Positions 28,546-38,336 of a DNA stretch of 64,000 nucleotides are shown piece by piece. The notes under the pieces were generated by a model. It was not told the DNA's origin and ran no database searches. It worked only from the letters and a program-made list of their open reading frames with translations. Made by a program: the position numbers and the translations under genes. The DNA is from Bacteroidales bacterium (GTDB taxonomy: Bacteria; Bacteroidota; Bacteroidia; Bacteroidales; VadinHA17), in NCBI GenBank assembly GCA_035527935.1, contig DATKZO010000022.1:76666-140665 (forward strand), read 5' to 3'. Every line of letters begins with the position of its first letter. Positions within the stretch are counted from its first letter, which is position 1.

Positions 28546-31500
28546 TTATTTATACTCGTCCCAGCTTTTAATTACAATATCTTCCATATCCAGGTTACAG
28601 AATGCAAGGATAAATGCACTTGCCAGTCTTGCATTGGTAAGCAGCGGGATGTTATAATCGACAGCGCTCCTCCTTATGGTATAATCATTATTCAGTTCAT
28701 CCTGCGTGAGGTCCTTGGGAATGTTTACTACAAGGTCAACCTCCCTGCTTTTTATTAGTTCAATAGTATTTGGAGACTGGTCCTCATCAGGCCAGTAGGC
28801 CACTTCGGCATCTACCCCGGCATTTTCCAGGAATTGCTGGGTACCGCGTGTTGCGTACAGCTTATAACCTTTACTTCTGAGAGCCCGGGCACTATTCAGC
28901 AATTCAACCTTCGACCGGGCAGGTCCGGTAGAGAGGAGTATTGCTTTTACGGGAATCGTATAACCCACTGAGAGCATTGATTTCATTATGGCTTCATAGA
29001 ATCCCTCTCCGATACAACCAACCTCACCGGTTGACGACATGTCAACACCAAGTATCGGATCAGCTTTTGCGAGTCGGGAAAAGGAGAACTGTGGCGCCTT
29101 GACTCCAACATATTCCAGGTCAAATACCGATTTATGCAGTTTTTCAACCGGTACATCAATCATTACCCTGGTTGCCAGATCGATCAGATTGGTTTTGAGT
29201 ACCTTTGAAACAAAGGGCATGCTTCTGCTGGCTCTGAGATTACACTCAATGACCTTAATATCATTATCGCGTGCGAGAAACTGAATGTTGAAAGGTCCGG
29301 ATATGTTCAGCTCCTTTGATATTTCACGACTGATACGTTTTATCCTTCGCACAGTCTCGAAGTATATTTTCTGAGGCGGGAAAACGATGGTTGCATCTCC
29401 TGAATGGACTCCTGCAAATTCAACATGCTCACTTATTGCATATGCGATAATATCACCGTCACGAGCCACTGCGTCAATCTCAATTTCCTTGGCATTTTCT
29501 ATAAACTCGGAAACCACAACCGGATATTGCTTTGAGACACTGGCCGCCAGTTCAAGGAAGTGACTGAGCTCATTTATATTTGATACTACATTCATTGCTG
29601 CACCGGACAATACATATGATGGTCTTACAAGTACCGGGAAACCGATCCTGTCGACAAATTCGTGAATATCGGCAACGCTCGTAAGCTCCTTCCATTCAGG
29701 CTGGTCGACCTTCAGGGTATCGAGCATACTTGAGAACTTATGGCGGTTTTCGGCCCGGTCGATTGAAACAGGTGAGGTGCCAAGTACAGCTACATCCTGC
29801 TTGTGAAGTCTCATGGCCAGGTTATTGGGGATCTGTCCTCCAACAGAAACTATTACTCCCCTGGGAGTTTCAAGATCGATGATGTCCATAACCCTTTCAA
29901 AAGAAAGTTCATCAAAATATAGCCGGTCGCAGCTATCGTAATCAGTACTGACAGTTTCGGGATTATAATTGATCATAACAGACCTGAAGCCCTGGTTCCT
30001 GATAGTATCGAGGGCATTCACCGAGCACCAGTCGAATTCGACACTGGATCCGATCCTGTATGCTCCTGAGCCAAGTACAATAACAGATCGCTTATCGTTT
30101 TCATACCGGATATCATGTTCTGATCCGCTATATGTCAGGTAGAGGTAATTGGTCACCGCGGGGTATTCCGCTGCAAGTGTATCGATCTGCTTGACCCAGG
30201 GTATGATACCTGCTGATATTCTGTATATCCTCACCCTGTTTAGTTCGGCTTCAATATTCTCCGGAGCCGGATTAAGCACATAGCGGGCTATCTGGAAATC
30301 ACTGAAACCATATATTTTGCTTTGCAGTAAAAGCTCCCCGGGAAGCTGCTCAAGGGTATTATACTTTGACAGCTCGTCCCTCACTATCATTATGTTTTTC
30401 AGCTTATAAAGGAACCACTTGTCAATTTTTGACAGCTCGTATATATGATCAACCGACATATTTTTCTCAAATGCTTCGGCTATCGAGAATATTCTCATAT
30501 CAGTAGGTTCTGATAGCTCTTTTTCAATATCTTCGAACGAGAGGTTCCGGTTTCCAACAAATCCATGCATTCCCTGGCCAATCATCCGCAATCCTTTTTG
30601 TATTACCTCCTCAAATGTTCGACCGATAGCCATCACTTCACCCACACTCTTCATGCTGCTTCCGATCTGATGGGATACGCCTTGAAATTTATTCAGGTCC
30701 CATCTCGGAATTTTACATACTATGTAATCAAGAGCAGGCTCAAAGCATGCTGTAGTTGTCTTTGTTACAGAATTTTTTAACTGGTGAAGCCCATATCCAA
30801 GACCAAGCTTGGCAGCAACAAATGCAAGAGGATACCCTGTGGCCTTTGAGGCAAGAGCACTGGATCTTGATAACCTGGCATTCACTTCAATTACCCGGGA
30901 ATCTTCCGACACGGGATCGAGGGCATATTGTACATTGCATTCCCCGATTATTCCTATATGTCTGATGATCTTGATAGATAATTCCCTCAATTTGTGGTAT
31001 TCCCTGTTTGTAAGTGTCTGTGAAGGAGCAACAACGATGCTTTCACCTGTATGGATCCCCAGAGGATCGAAGTTCTCCATATTACATACAGTAATACAAT
31101 TATCGAACTTATCGCGAACAACTTCATACTCGACCTCTTTCCACCCTTTTAGTGATTCCTCCACAAGGATCTGGGCTGTGTATGAAAAAGTTTTGGTTGC
31201 CAGGATCTTAAGCTCCTCACTGTTCGTACAAAAACCGCTGCCCTGGCCACCAAGTGTATAGGCAGCTCTGATAATGACCGGGTAACCCAGTTTACCAGCA
31301 GCATCAAGAGCCTCATCAACCGAAATTACCGCAATACTTTTTGGTGTCTGTATATCAATCTCGTTAAGCTTCTTAACAAACAACTCCCTGTCTTCAGTAT
31401 CCATTATGGCCTGAACCGGGGTGCCGAGGACTTTAACTCCATATTTCCCGAACACCCTGTTTCTGAAAAGTTCGGTGCCGCAATTAAGTGCTGTCTGACC

Positions 31501-31767
31501 TCCAAACGACAGCAGGATACCGTCGGGTTTTTCTCTTGCAATAACTTTCTCTACAAAAAAGGGTGTTACGGGAAGGAAGTATATCTTGTCTGCAATCTTT
31601 TCGGAAGTTTGTACAGTGGCAATATTGGGATTTATCAAAACAGTACTGATCCCCTCTTCTTTCAATGCCTTAAGTGCCTGAGAACCGCTATAATCAAATT
31701 CCCCGGCCTCGCCGATCTTTAATGCTCCTGACCCAAGGATGATCACTTTATTAATTTTTTCTGCCAT
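28546..31767 (-). CDS. carB: carbamoyl-phosphate synthase large subunit
   Basis: 1073 aa with duplicated ATP-grasp halves and an MGS-like C-terminus. N-terminal KVIILGSGALKIGEAGEFDYSG. Confidence 0.97.
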   Translation of the reverse strand: MAEKINKVIILGSGALKIGEAGEFDYSGSQALKALKEEGISTVLINPNIATVQTSEKIADKIYFLPVTPFFVEKVIAREKPDGILLSFGGQTALNCGTELFRNRVFGKYGVKVLGTPVQAIMDTEDRELFVKKLNEIDIQTPKSIAVISVDEALDAAGKLGYPVIIRAAYTLGGQGSGFCTNSEELKILATKTFSYTAQILVEESLKGWKEVEYEVVRDKFDNCITVCNMENFDPLGIHTGESIVVAPSQTLTNREYHKLRELSIKIIRHIGIIGECNVQYALDPVSEDSRVIEVNARLSRSSALASKATGYPLAFVAAKLGLGYGLHQLKNSVTKTTTACFEPALDYIVCKIPRWDLNKFQGVSHQIGSSMKSVGEVMAIGRTFEEVIQKGLRMIGQGMHGFVGNRNLSFEDIEKELSEPTDMRIFSIAEAFEKNMSVDHIYELSKIDKWFLYKLKNIMIVRDELSKYNTLEQLPGELLLQSKIYGFSDFQIARYVLNPAPENIEAELNRVRIYRISAGIIPWVKQIDTLAAEYPAVTNYLYLTYSGSEHDIRYENDKRSVIVLGSGAYRIGSSVEFDWCSVNALDTIRNQGFRSVMINYNPETVSTDYDSCDRLYFDELSFERVMDIIDLETPRGVIVSVGGQIPNNLAMRLHKQDVAVLGTSPVSIDRAENRHKFSSMLDTLKVDQPEWKELTSVADIHEFVDRIGFPVLVRPSYVLSGAAMNVVSNINELSHFLELAASVSKQYPVVVSEFIENAKEIEIDAVARDGDIIAYAISEHVEFAGVHSGDATIVFPPQKIYFETVRRIKRISREISKELNISGPFNIQFLARDNDIKVIECNLRASRSMPFVSKVLKTNLIDLATRVMIDVPVEKLHKSVFDLEYVGVKAPQFSFSRLAKADPILGVDMSSTGEVGCIGEGFYEAIMKSMLSVGYTIPVKAILLSTGPARSKVELLNSARALRSKGYKLYATRGTQQFLENAGVDAEVAYWPDEDQSPNTIELIKSREVDLVVNIPKDLTQDELNNDYTIRRSAVDYNIPLLTNARLASAFILAFCNLDMEDIVIKSWDEYK

Positions 31768-31804
31768 TTAGAGCTGGTGTTTCAAATGATGTCATCCGGA
31801 AAGG

Positions 31805-32896
31805 TTATTTATCACCTTTGTATACTCTTATGTTATCTATAAAATGGTCAAACAGAAAGTCTGTATCTGTTGGCCCTCCCGATGCTTCCGGGTGAAACTG
31901 GGTTGAAAAAAATGGTTTGATCCTGTGTTTCATCCCTTCATTGGTATTATCATTTACATTGATAAACAGGGGCTCCCAGTCATGAGGCAGGCTATTATTA
32001 TCGACAGCAAAGCCATGATTCTGGGAGGTTATGTATGCACTTTCCGTTCCTACCTTTAAAACAGGCTGGTTATGACTCCTGTGTCCATATTTCAACTTGT
32101 AGGTATCGGCTCCTGCAGCCAGAGAGAGTAACTGGTTCCCCAGGCAAATGCCAAAAACAGGTTTATCTCCCTCAATGGTTTTTTTCAGATTATCAATAGT
32201 TTCCCTGCACATTTTGGGATCACCCGGTCCATTCGAAAGGAATAATCCGTCATACTCCAGCAGGTGAAAATCATAATCCCATGGTACCCTTATAATGGTA
32301 GTATCCCGCTTCAACAGGTTCCTGATAATATTGTATTTTACACCGCAGTCTATTAGAACGATCCGGTACTTACCATTACCATATTCCACAGGTTCATTGA
32401 TACTTACCTCTTTTACCAGATTAGTCTGATTAGGATCATAGAGGGATGTCTCCGTTCCTTCCGGTTCAATTTTCCCGAGCATGGATCCTTTTTCACGCAG
32501 TCTTTTTGTCAGGGCCCTGGTGTCAATCCCATAAATACCAGGTATCCCGTTTGCTTCAAGCCATTCATGAAGACTCTCGCTTGCGTTCCAGTGACTGTAA
32601 TCAAAAGAATAGTCAGAAACGATCAATCCTGAGATGTGGATAGAATATGATTCACGGAAAATATACAGATCATCCTCTTTTTCAAGTCCCGGCGCTCCAT
32701 AGTTACCTACCAGCGGATATGTAAGGCAGAGTATCTGACCACGGTAGGATGGATCGGTCAGGCTTTCAGGGTAGCCAGTCATTGCCGTGTTAAAAACAAC
32801 CTCACCTGCCGAAGGACTAATTTTCCCGAATGACTTGCCTCTGTAAACAGTGCCATCTTCGAGGGTCAGTTTTATTATAGTGCCTGGTTTCATCAA
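31805..32896 (-). CDS. carA: carbamoyl-phosphate synthase small (glutaminase) subunit
   Basis: GICLGNQLL catalytic Cys motif and HRSHNQPV. Sits upstream of carB. Confidence 0.96.
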   Translation of the reverse strand: MMKPGTIIKLTLEDGTVYRGKSFGKISPSAGEVVFNTAMTGYPESLTDPSYRGQILCLTYPLVGNYGAPGLEKEDDLYIFRESYSIHISGLIVSDYSFDYSHWNASESLHEWLEANGIPGIYGIDTRALTKRLREKGSMLGKIEPEGTETSLYDPNQTNLVKEVSINEPVEYGNGKYRIVLIDCGVKYNIIRNLLKRDTTIIRVPWDYDFHLLEYDGLFLSNGPGDPKMCRETIDNLKKTIEGDKPVFGICLGNQLLSLAAGADTYKLKYGHRSHNQPVLKVGTESAYITSQNHGFAVDNNSLPHDWEPLFINVNDNTNEGMKHRIKPFFSTQFHPEASGGPTDTDFLFDHFIDNIRVYKGDK

Positions 32897-32904
32897 TAAG
32901 ATAA

Positions 32905-34074
32905 TTATAAAGACTTCAATGCCCTGTCAATTTTTTCAACGGCTTTTACAACTGTAGAGTAGGGACAACCAATATTCATTCTCATGAATCCTTCACCTCC
33001 GGGTCCGAACATCGATCCTTCGTTCATACCAACTCCAGCATTAATGAAGAACTTTGCAAGATCAGGTGCATTCATACCTATCTCTCTGCAGTCGAGCCAG
33101 ATCATGTATGTTGCTTCAGGTTTAACAGGTTTGATCCGCCCTCTCTTTTCTTCAAAATAATTGAGTACAAATTCAACATTTCTTTTTAAATATTCAAGAA
33201 GTTGCCCGAGCCATTCGCTACCTTTACTATAAGCCGCGATAGAGGCTTCAGTCCCAAATATATTTCCGCTTCCAATATGTAGCCGGTCAACAAGGGAACT
33301 GATCTTTTGCCTGATCTCATGGTTCCCGGTTACCAGAGAGGATGTAGCCAGTCCTGCCAGGTTAAATGTTTTGCTTGGGGCGATGCATGTTACTGTGTTA
33401 TTTGCGATTTCATCCGAGAGGGATGCAACAGGATAATGCATACCACCGGGAAGAACCAGGTCTGAATGAATTTCATCACTTATTATCAGAATCCCATTCT
33501 CGGTACAGATCTCTGACAGCTCTTTCAACTCATCCTCATTCCATGATCTGCCAACAGGATTATGTGGATTGCATAAAATAATCATCCTGGCTCCATTCCC
33601 TGCTTTTTTCCTCAAGTCATCGAGATCGAAATGCCATATACCATTTGACTCACGAAGTTTATTATATTCGAGGATCCTGTTATGCGATTCAACAGCAGGA
33701 AAAAATGGGAAATAGACAGGTGGTTGAACAATTATTTTGTCGCCGGGCTCAGTAAAGGCAAGGGTACACAGGTTAAGTGCAGGAACAATACCCGGGCAAA
33801 AAGTTATCCAGTCCCTCTCTATTTTCCATGAGTGTCGTTCATGAAGCCAGTTTATTATCGAACTGAAATACTCGTCGGATCTGAAATAATATCCCAGAAC
33901 CTCATGTTTTAACCTTTCCTTTAATGCATTAATGATAAAGTCACCGATTCTAAAATCCATATCAGCAACCCACATTGGAATGATATCTTCGGTCCCGAAA
34001 ACATCCTTTCGCAAATCATATTTTACGGATTGGGTGCCCTGGCGGTTGACCGGCTCATCGAAATTGTATCTCAT
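32905..34074 (-). CDS. MalY/PatB-family PLP-dependent C-S lyase (cystathionine beta-lyase type aminotransferase)
   Basis: IPMWVADMDF and SPSKTFNLAG-like PLP-lysine motif (APSKTFNLAGL). Confidence 0.85.
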   Translation of the reverse strand: MRYNFDEPVNRQGTQSVKYDLRKDVFGTEDIIPMWVADMDFRIGDFIINALKERLKHEVLGYYFRSDEYFSSIINWLHERHSWKIERDWITFCPGIVPALNLCTLAFTEPGDKIIVQPPVYFPFFPAVESHNRILEYNKLRESNGIWHFDLDDLRKKAGNGARMIILCNPHNPVGRSWNEDELKELSEICTENGILIISDEIHSDLVLPGGMHYPVASLSDEIANNTVTCIAPSKTFNLAGLATSSLVTGNHEIRQKISSLVDRLHIGSGNIFGTEASIAAYSKGSEWLGQLLEYLKRNVEFVLNYFEEKRGRIKPVKPEATYMIWLDCREIGMNAPDLAKFFINAGVGMNEGSMFGPGGEGFMRMNIGCPYSTVVKAVEKIDRALKSL

Positions 34075-34296
34075 TACCCAGAATTTAAATTCCGGGGTTC
34101 GAAATTAGTCATAATATCCTTTATGCGCAACAACATACTTTACTGGCTTCCTCCTTGTTGCTTATTTTTTTGTAGAAGTATAGCGATTGGAACCAATATA
34201 TTTTATACTTTTACGCCAGAATTTACCAAAGGAGAGGATATTTTTTCTTTTTTAGGTGATCGATGCAGCAATTAATAAAAATTTATTTAATTCCAG

Positions 34297-35115
34297 ATGA
34301 AAAGAAAGACAATTTTCCTGTTAGCCATCTTACTGATTTCAGCATCAGGACTGAATTCATGTAGGAACAGAATTGAAAAAACTGAACAGAAAAAAATCGA
34401 ACGGGAAGAGATTGAAGTCCTGAATAGAGAAATTGAAGAAACGGTATATCCTTTACCTACTTCTGCTGAGGTCATTAAAATGCTTACCGAGCTTGAGATA
34501 GGTTATATTATTGGAATATCAAATCCGACAGAAAACGTAAGCAAATACCTTACCAGTAAAACCAAGGCTCTGAATGTGGGAGTATACGGGGCGGATCTGA
34601 GTTATGCAACCCTTTACAACATGAACCAGGATGTAATAAACTACCTGGATGCGATCAGGAGCCTTTCCAATGATCTGAACATGGGTGGAATCTATAATGA
34701 AAAGATATATGACCAGATAAAGAACAGTTTTGATGATAAGGACAAACTGGTATCAATACTTACTACTACTTTTAACGGCACATACAACTACCTCAGTGAT
34801 AACGATCAGCAAGCGGCTGCCCTGATGGTTGTTGCCGGAGCATGGGTAGAAGGCATGTATATTACAACCCACATCTCTGAATCGGTTTATCATGTTGAAG
34901 GTATCGTAAGGGTGTTGCTTGAGCAAAAGAAATCCTTCGAACTTTACTATGAGATTGCCAAACCGTATGCTGATGATCCCATGGTAAATGAGATCCTGGA
35001 AGTGTTTGAGCCTATGCGCCTTATATATGAAAAGCTTGATACCAGTCTTACCCTGAAGAATGTAGAAGAAATTACCAGGACGATTGAAGAGATCAGGCAA
35101 AAGCTAATCTCTTGA
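34297..35115 (+). CDS. hypothetical lipoprotein, predicted all-helical
   Basis: Lipobox SGLNSC after a signal peptide. 272 aa, no family recognised. Confidence 0.6.
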   Translation: MKRKTIFLLAILLISASGLNSCRNRIEKTEQKKIEREEIEVLNREIEETVYPLPTSAEVIKMLTELEIGYIIGISNPTENVSKYLTSKTKALNVGVYGADLSYATLYNMNQDVINYLDAIRSLSNDLNMGGIYNEKIYDQIKNSFDDKDKLVSILTTTFNGTYNYLSDNDQQAAALMVVAGAWVEGMYITTHISESVYHVEGIVRVLLEQKKSFELYYEIAKPYADDPMVNEILEVFEPMRLIYEKLDTSLTLKNVEEITRTIEEIRQKLIS

Positions 35116-35132
35116 TCAATCATAATCAACTG

Positions 35133-35171
35133 AACCACGATATTAGATGTAATGCAATATCGTGGTTTTTT
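35133..35171 (+). terminator. strong hairpin + T run between the lipoprotein gene and the ABCG-like gene
   Basis: AACCACGATAT / ATATCGTGGTT 11-bp stem with a 13-nt loop, followed by TTTT. Ends 12 nt before the ATG at 35183. Confidence 0.7.
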
Positions 35172-35182
35172 AATACCATTAT

Positions 35183-38100
35183 ATGAGGGAACCAGTATTA
35201 TTAGCCCTGATTCATATTTTTGCTATCCTGTCGAATGTAAATCCGGAAGGCATATCGGCTCACGGGCGGAGAATTTTACACGGTTACTTCAGACGTTACA
35301 TAAATGCTGAACTCGAAGAGGAATACCTGAAAATATTTGAAACCACACTCAAGTTTTATGAAGACGAGTTGTCAGATCTTGATGAAGAGGAGTTCTCAAA
35401 GGGCAATTCAATAATTAATTTTCAGATAATAAATATTTGCAGGCAGATCAGGAAGGGTCTCTTTCTTGAAGAAAGGATGATTGTCTTTCTTCAGTTACTG
35501 GAATTCATTTACGAAGATGCCCGTACCACACGTCAGGAGAGGATTATAATTGATATTGTTGCCGGTACATTCAGTATTCCTGAGAAGGAATACAAAAATG
35601 CTACGGCCTTTATGCTTGGAGACGAATTCGACAAGGTCACTCCGGACTGTGTAATGCTTATTGAAGGATGTGATCGTGCAGATAGCACAGCTGACAAGTA
35701 TACCGGTCGTGAAAGCTGGCACAAGCTTGAAGTAGATGGGCTGAAGGGAAGTATATATGTACTGTTCATTGAGAGTATATCGGCTCTGATATTTACATAC
35801 CAGGGCAAGGCATCCCTGTTCTTTAAGGGACGGAATATTGTAAGGGGACGGCCCTACCTGCTCGAAAGTGGTGTCAGTATTAAAGGCAGGGATATGGAAC
35901 CTGTCTACCAGTCAGGGATCCTGCGCGAATTTTACCGGAAAAAGTATCAGCACAGGATAATATTCGAAGGCCATAACATTGATTTCAGTTTCAAAAAATC
36001 TGACCAGGGTGTAAAACCGATGAGTTTCAGGGTCGATTCCGGGAACCTTATAGGGATAATGGGAGGTAGCGGTGTTGGGAAAACCACACTTCTTAATCTG
36101 CTTAATGGTAAGATCATCCCGGATAACGGGAACCTTTACCTGAACGGTTATAACATTCACACTGAGCAGGAACAACTAAAAGGTTTGATTGGATATATCC
36201 CACAGGATGATCTGTTAATTGAGGAGCTAACCGTTTACCAGAATCTTTATTATAACGCCAGGCTATGTTTTGGTGATTTTTTGGATAAAGATATCAGAGC
36301 AAGAGTATCCACTGTTCTGAAGAATCTTGAGCTGGATGAGATAGCCGATCTTAATGTTGGTGATCCGCTAAATAAGAAGATCAGTGGCGGTCAGCGCAAG
36401 AGACTCAATATCGGTCTCGAGCTGATAAGGGAACCAGCTATTCTGTTTGTTGACGAACCTACTTCAGGATTATCATCTCATGATTCCTGGAAGGTTATGG
36501 AATTACTGAAGAAACAGACCAGGAATGGAAGACTGATATTTTCAATCATTCACCAGCCTTCCTCTGATATAATTAAACTTTTCGACAGGCTGTGGATCAT
36601 CGACAGGGGAGGATACATGATATATGATGGTGATTCAGTCGATTCGCTTGTATATTTCAAAACTGAAACTTCAACTGCAAATGCTGCTGAAAGTGAGTGT
36701 CCCAATTGCGGAAACGTGGAAACGGATGAAATTCTGCAGCTTATTGAAGTCAAGGAGGTCACAGAGGATGGTTTCGATGGGGAAAAAAGACAGGTTCAGC
36801 CAGTTGAGTGGTATTATAAATATCAGGAGACAATCAAGGATATTATCAGACCACCTGAGAAGATTGAACTCCCTGCCAGCAATTTCAAGGTGCCCGGGAA
36901 AGTATCTCAGCTGAAAACCTTCTTTCAGAGGAATCTCCTGAGAAAATTCTCAGATAAGCAATACCTTACGATTAATCTGCTCGAATCGCCATTGCTTGCA
37001 GTGATCCTGGCGTACCTGTCGAAGTACAGCATAGGGGAGAATTATATTCTTGCAGATAATAAGAATCTTGCTGTATTCCTGTTTATGGGCATCGTAGTGG
37101 CTTTATTCCTCGGTCTTACTGTTAGTGCTGAAGAGCTATTTAAAGACAGGAAGACTCTTGAGCGGCAGAAATTTCTTGAGATAAGCCGGTTAAGTTACCT
37201 GACTTCAAAGATTGGATTATTATTTATTCTGTCAGCAATACAGACCTTCTCATTTGTTATTATATCAAGCCTGATCCTTGGAATAGAGGGCATGCTGTTC
37301 AGACACTGGTTGATATTGTTCAGTGTATCAGCCTTCGGGAACATACTTGGGCTGAACATATCCGATGGTATGAAGTCGGTAGTAAGCATATACATCCTGG
37401 TGCCCCTTATCCTGGTACCCCAGCTGCTTCTTGGGGGTGCGATGATAAGGTTTGATGACCTTCACAAAGGTATAACGAAGCAGATCTTTGTCCCTGTTGT
37501 TGGCGACCTGATGACAACACGATGGGCTTACGAGGCTATAACGGTTGACCAATTTAAGAATAACAGATATGAGAAGTATTTCTTTGATCTTGACATGGAG
37601 GCAAGCCAGAATAGCTGGAAGGCATCATTTCTGATACCACTGCTTGAGAGAAAGACTCAGGAGTGCCGGCTTGCCATTGGAGAAGAAGAGTTCAGCGAAC
37701 ATTCACGAAATAATCTATACAAATTGCGGAAATACTCCGAGTCATTATCAGGTCCTGCCGGTATGGACTACAGTGAATTGTCAGGTTTGCTGACCTACCA
37801 AACGTATGATACTGCTTCTGCCAGGTTAACACTCGAGTATCTTGATAAGTTAAAAGGCTACTACCGTAACAGAAGCATTATTGCAACAAGGCAAAAAGAT
37901 ACCCTGCTGATGAAGATGGAATCGGAATTTGGAACTGATTATGTCGTCAGTTTGAAAAACAATAATTATAACATTGCCCTCGGGAGTATTGTCCTGAATC
38001 AGAACTACCGGGATAAAGTCTATGAGAACGAAAATATGATAATATCCAAGGCTGATCCGGTATTTATGATGCCAGGCTCCAATTACGGAAGAGCACATTT

Positions 38101-38281
38101 CTTCGCGCCTTACAAAATGATCGGGAAATTAAGGATTGATACCCTGTGGTTTAATATGATAGTAATCTGGCTTTCAAGCATATTTCTGACTGTAACCCTT
38201 TACTTTAATGTCCTTAAACGAATTATTAATTCTCTTGGTTCCCGTAAATTATCTGTCAGAACTGACTCGTTAAAGAGATAA
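35183..38281 (+). CDS. ABCG/White-like ABC transporter (NBD then ABC-2 membrane domain) with TerB-like N-terminal module
   Basis: GGSGVGKTTLLN (Walker A), ISGGQRKRLNIGLELI (signature), ILFVDEPTSGLSS (Walker B), IIHQPSS (ABCG-type H-loop), then TM segments with a ~220-aa loop before the last TM. Confidence 0.85.
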   Translation: MREPVLLALIHIFAILSNVNPEGISAHGRRILHGYFRRYINAELEEEYLKIFETTLKFYEDELSDLDEEEFSKGNSIINFQIINICRQIRKGLFLEERMIVFLQLLEFIYEDARTTRQERIIIDIVAGTFSIPEKEYKNATAFMLGDEFDKVTPDCVMLIEGCDRADSTADKYTGRESWHKLEVDGLKGSIYVLFIESISALIFTYQGKASLFFKGRNIVRGRPYLLESGVSIKGRDMEPVYQSGILREFYRKKYQHRIIFEGHNIDFSFKKSDQGVKPMSFRVDSGNLIGIMGGSGVGKTTLLNLLNGKIIPDNGNLYLNGYNIHTEQEQLKGLIGYIPQDDLLIEELTVYQNLYYNARLCFGDFLDKDIRARVSTVLKNLELDEIADLNVGDPLNKKISGGQRKRLNIGLELIREPAILFVDEPTSGLSSHDSWKVMELLKKQTRNGRLIFSIIHQPSSDIIKLFDRLWIIDRGGYMIYDGDSVDSLVYFKTETSTANAAESECPNCGNVETDEILQLIEVKEVTEDGFDGEKRQVQPVEWYYKYQETIKDIIRPPEKIELPASNFKVPGKVSQLKTFFQRNLLRKFSDKQYLTINLLESPLLAVILAYLSKYSIGENYILADNKNLAVFLFMGIVVALFLGLTVSAEELFKDRKTLERQKFLEISRLSYLTSKIGLLFILSAIQTFSFVIISSLILGIEGMLFRHWLILFSVSAFGNILGLNISDGMKSVVSIYILVPLILVPQLLLGGAMIRFDDLHKGITKQIFVPVVGDLMTTRWAYEAITVDQFKNNRYEKYFFDLDMEASQNSWKASFLIPLLERKTQECRLAIGEEEFSEHSRNNLYKLRKYSESLSGPAGMDYSELSGLLTYQTYDTASARLTLEYLDKLKGYYRNRSIIATRQKDTLLMKMESEFGTDYVVSLKNNNYNIALGSIVLNQNYRDKVYENENMIISKADPVFMMPGSNYGRAHFFAPYKMIGKLRIDTLWFNMIVIWLSSIFLTVTLYFNVLKRIINSLGSRKLSVRTDSLKR

Positions 38282-38336
38282 AATAATACAGCCCGGGTTG
38301 CTATTATTGATCCAATAAGCTTAATTTGCGTTCGTT

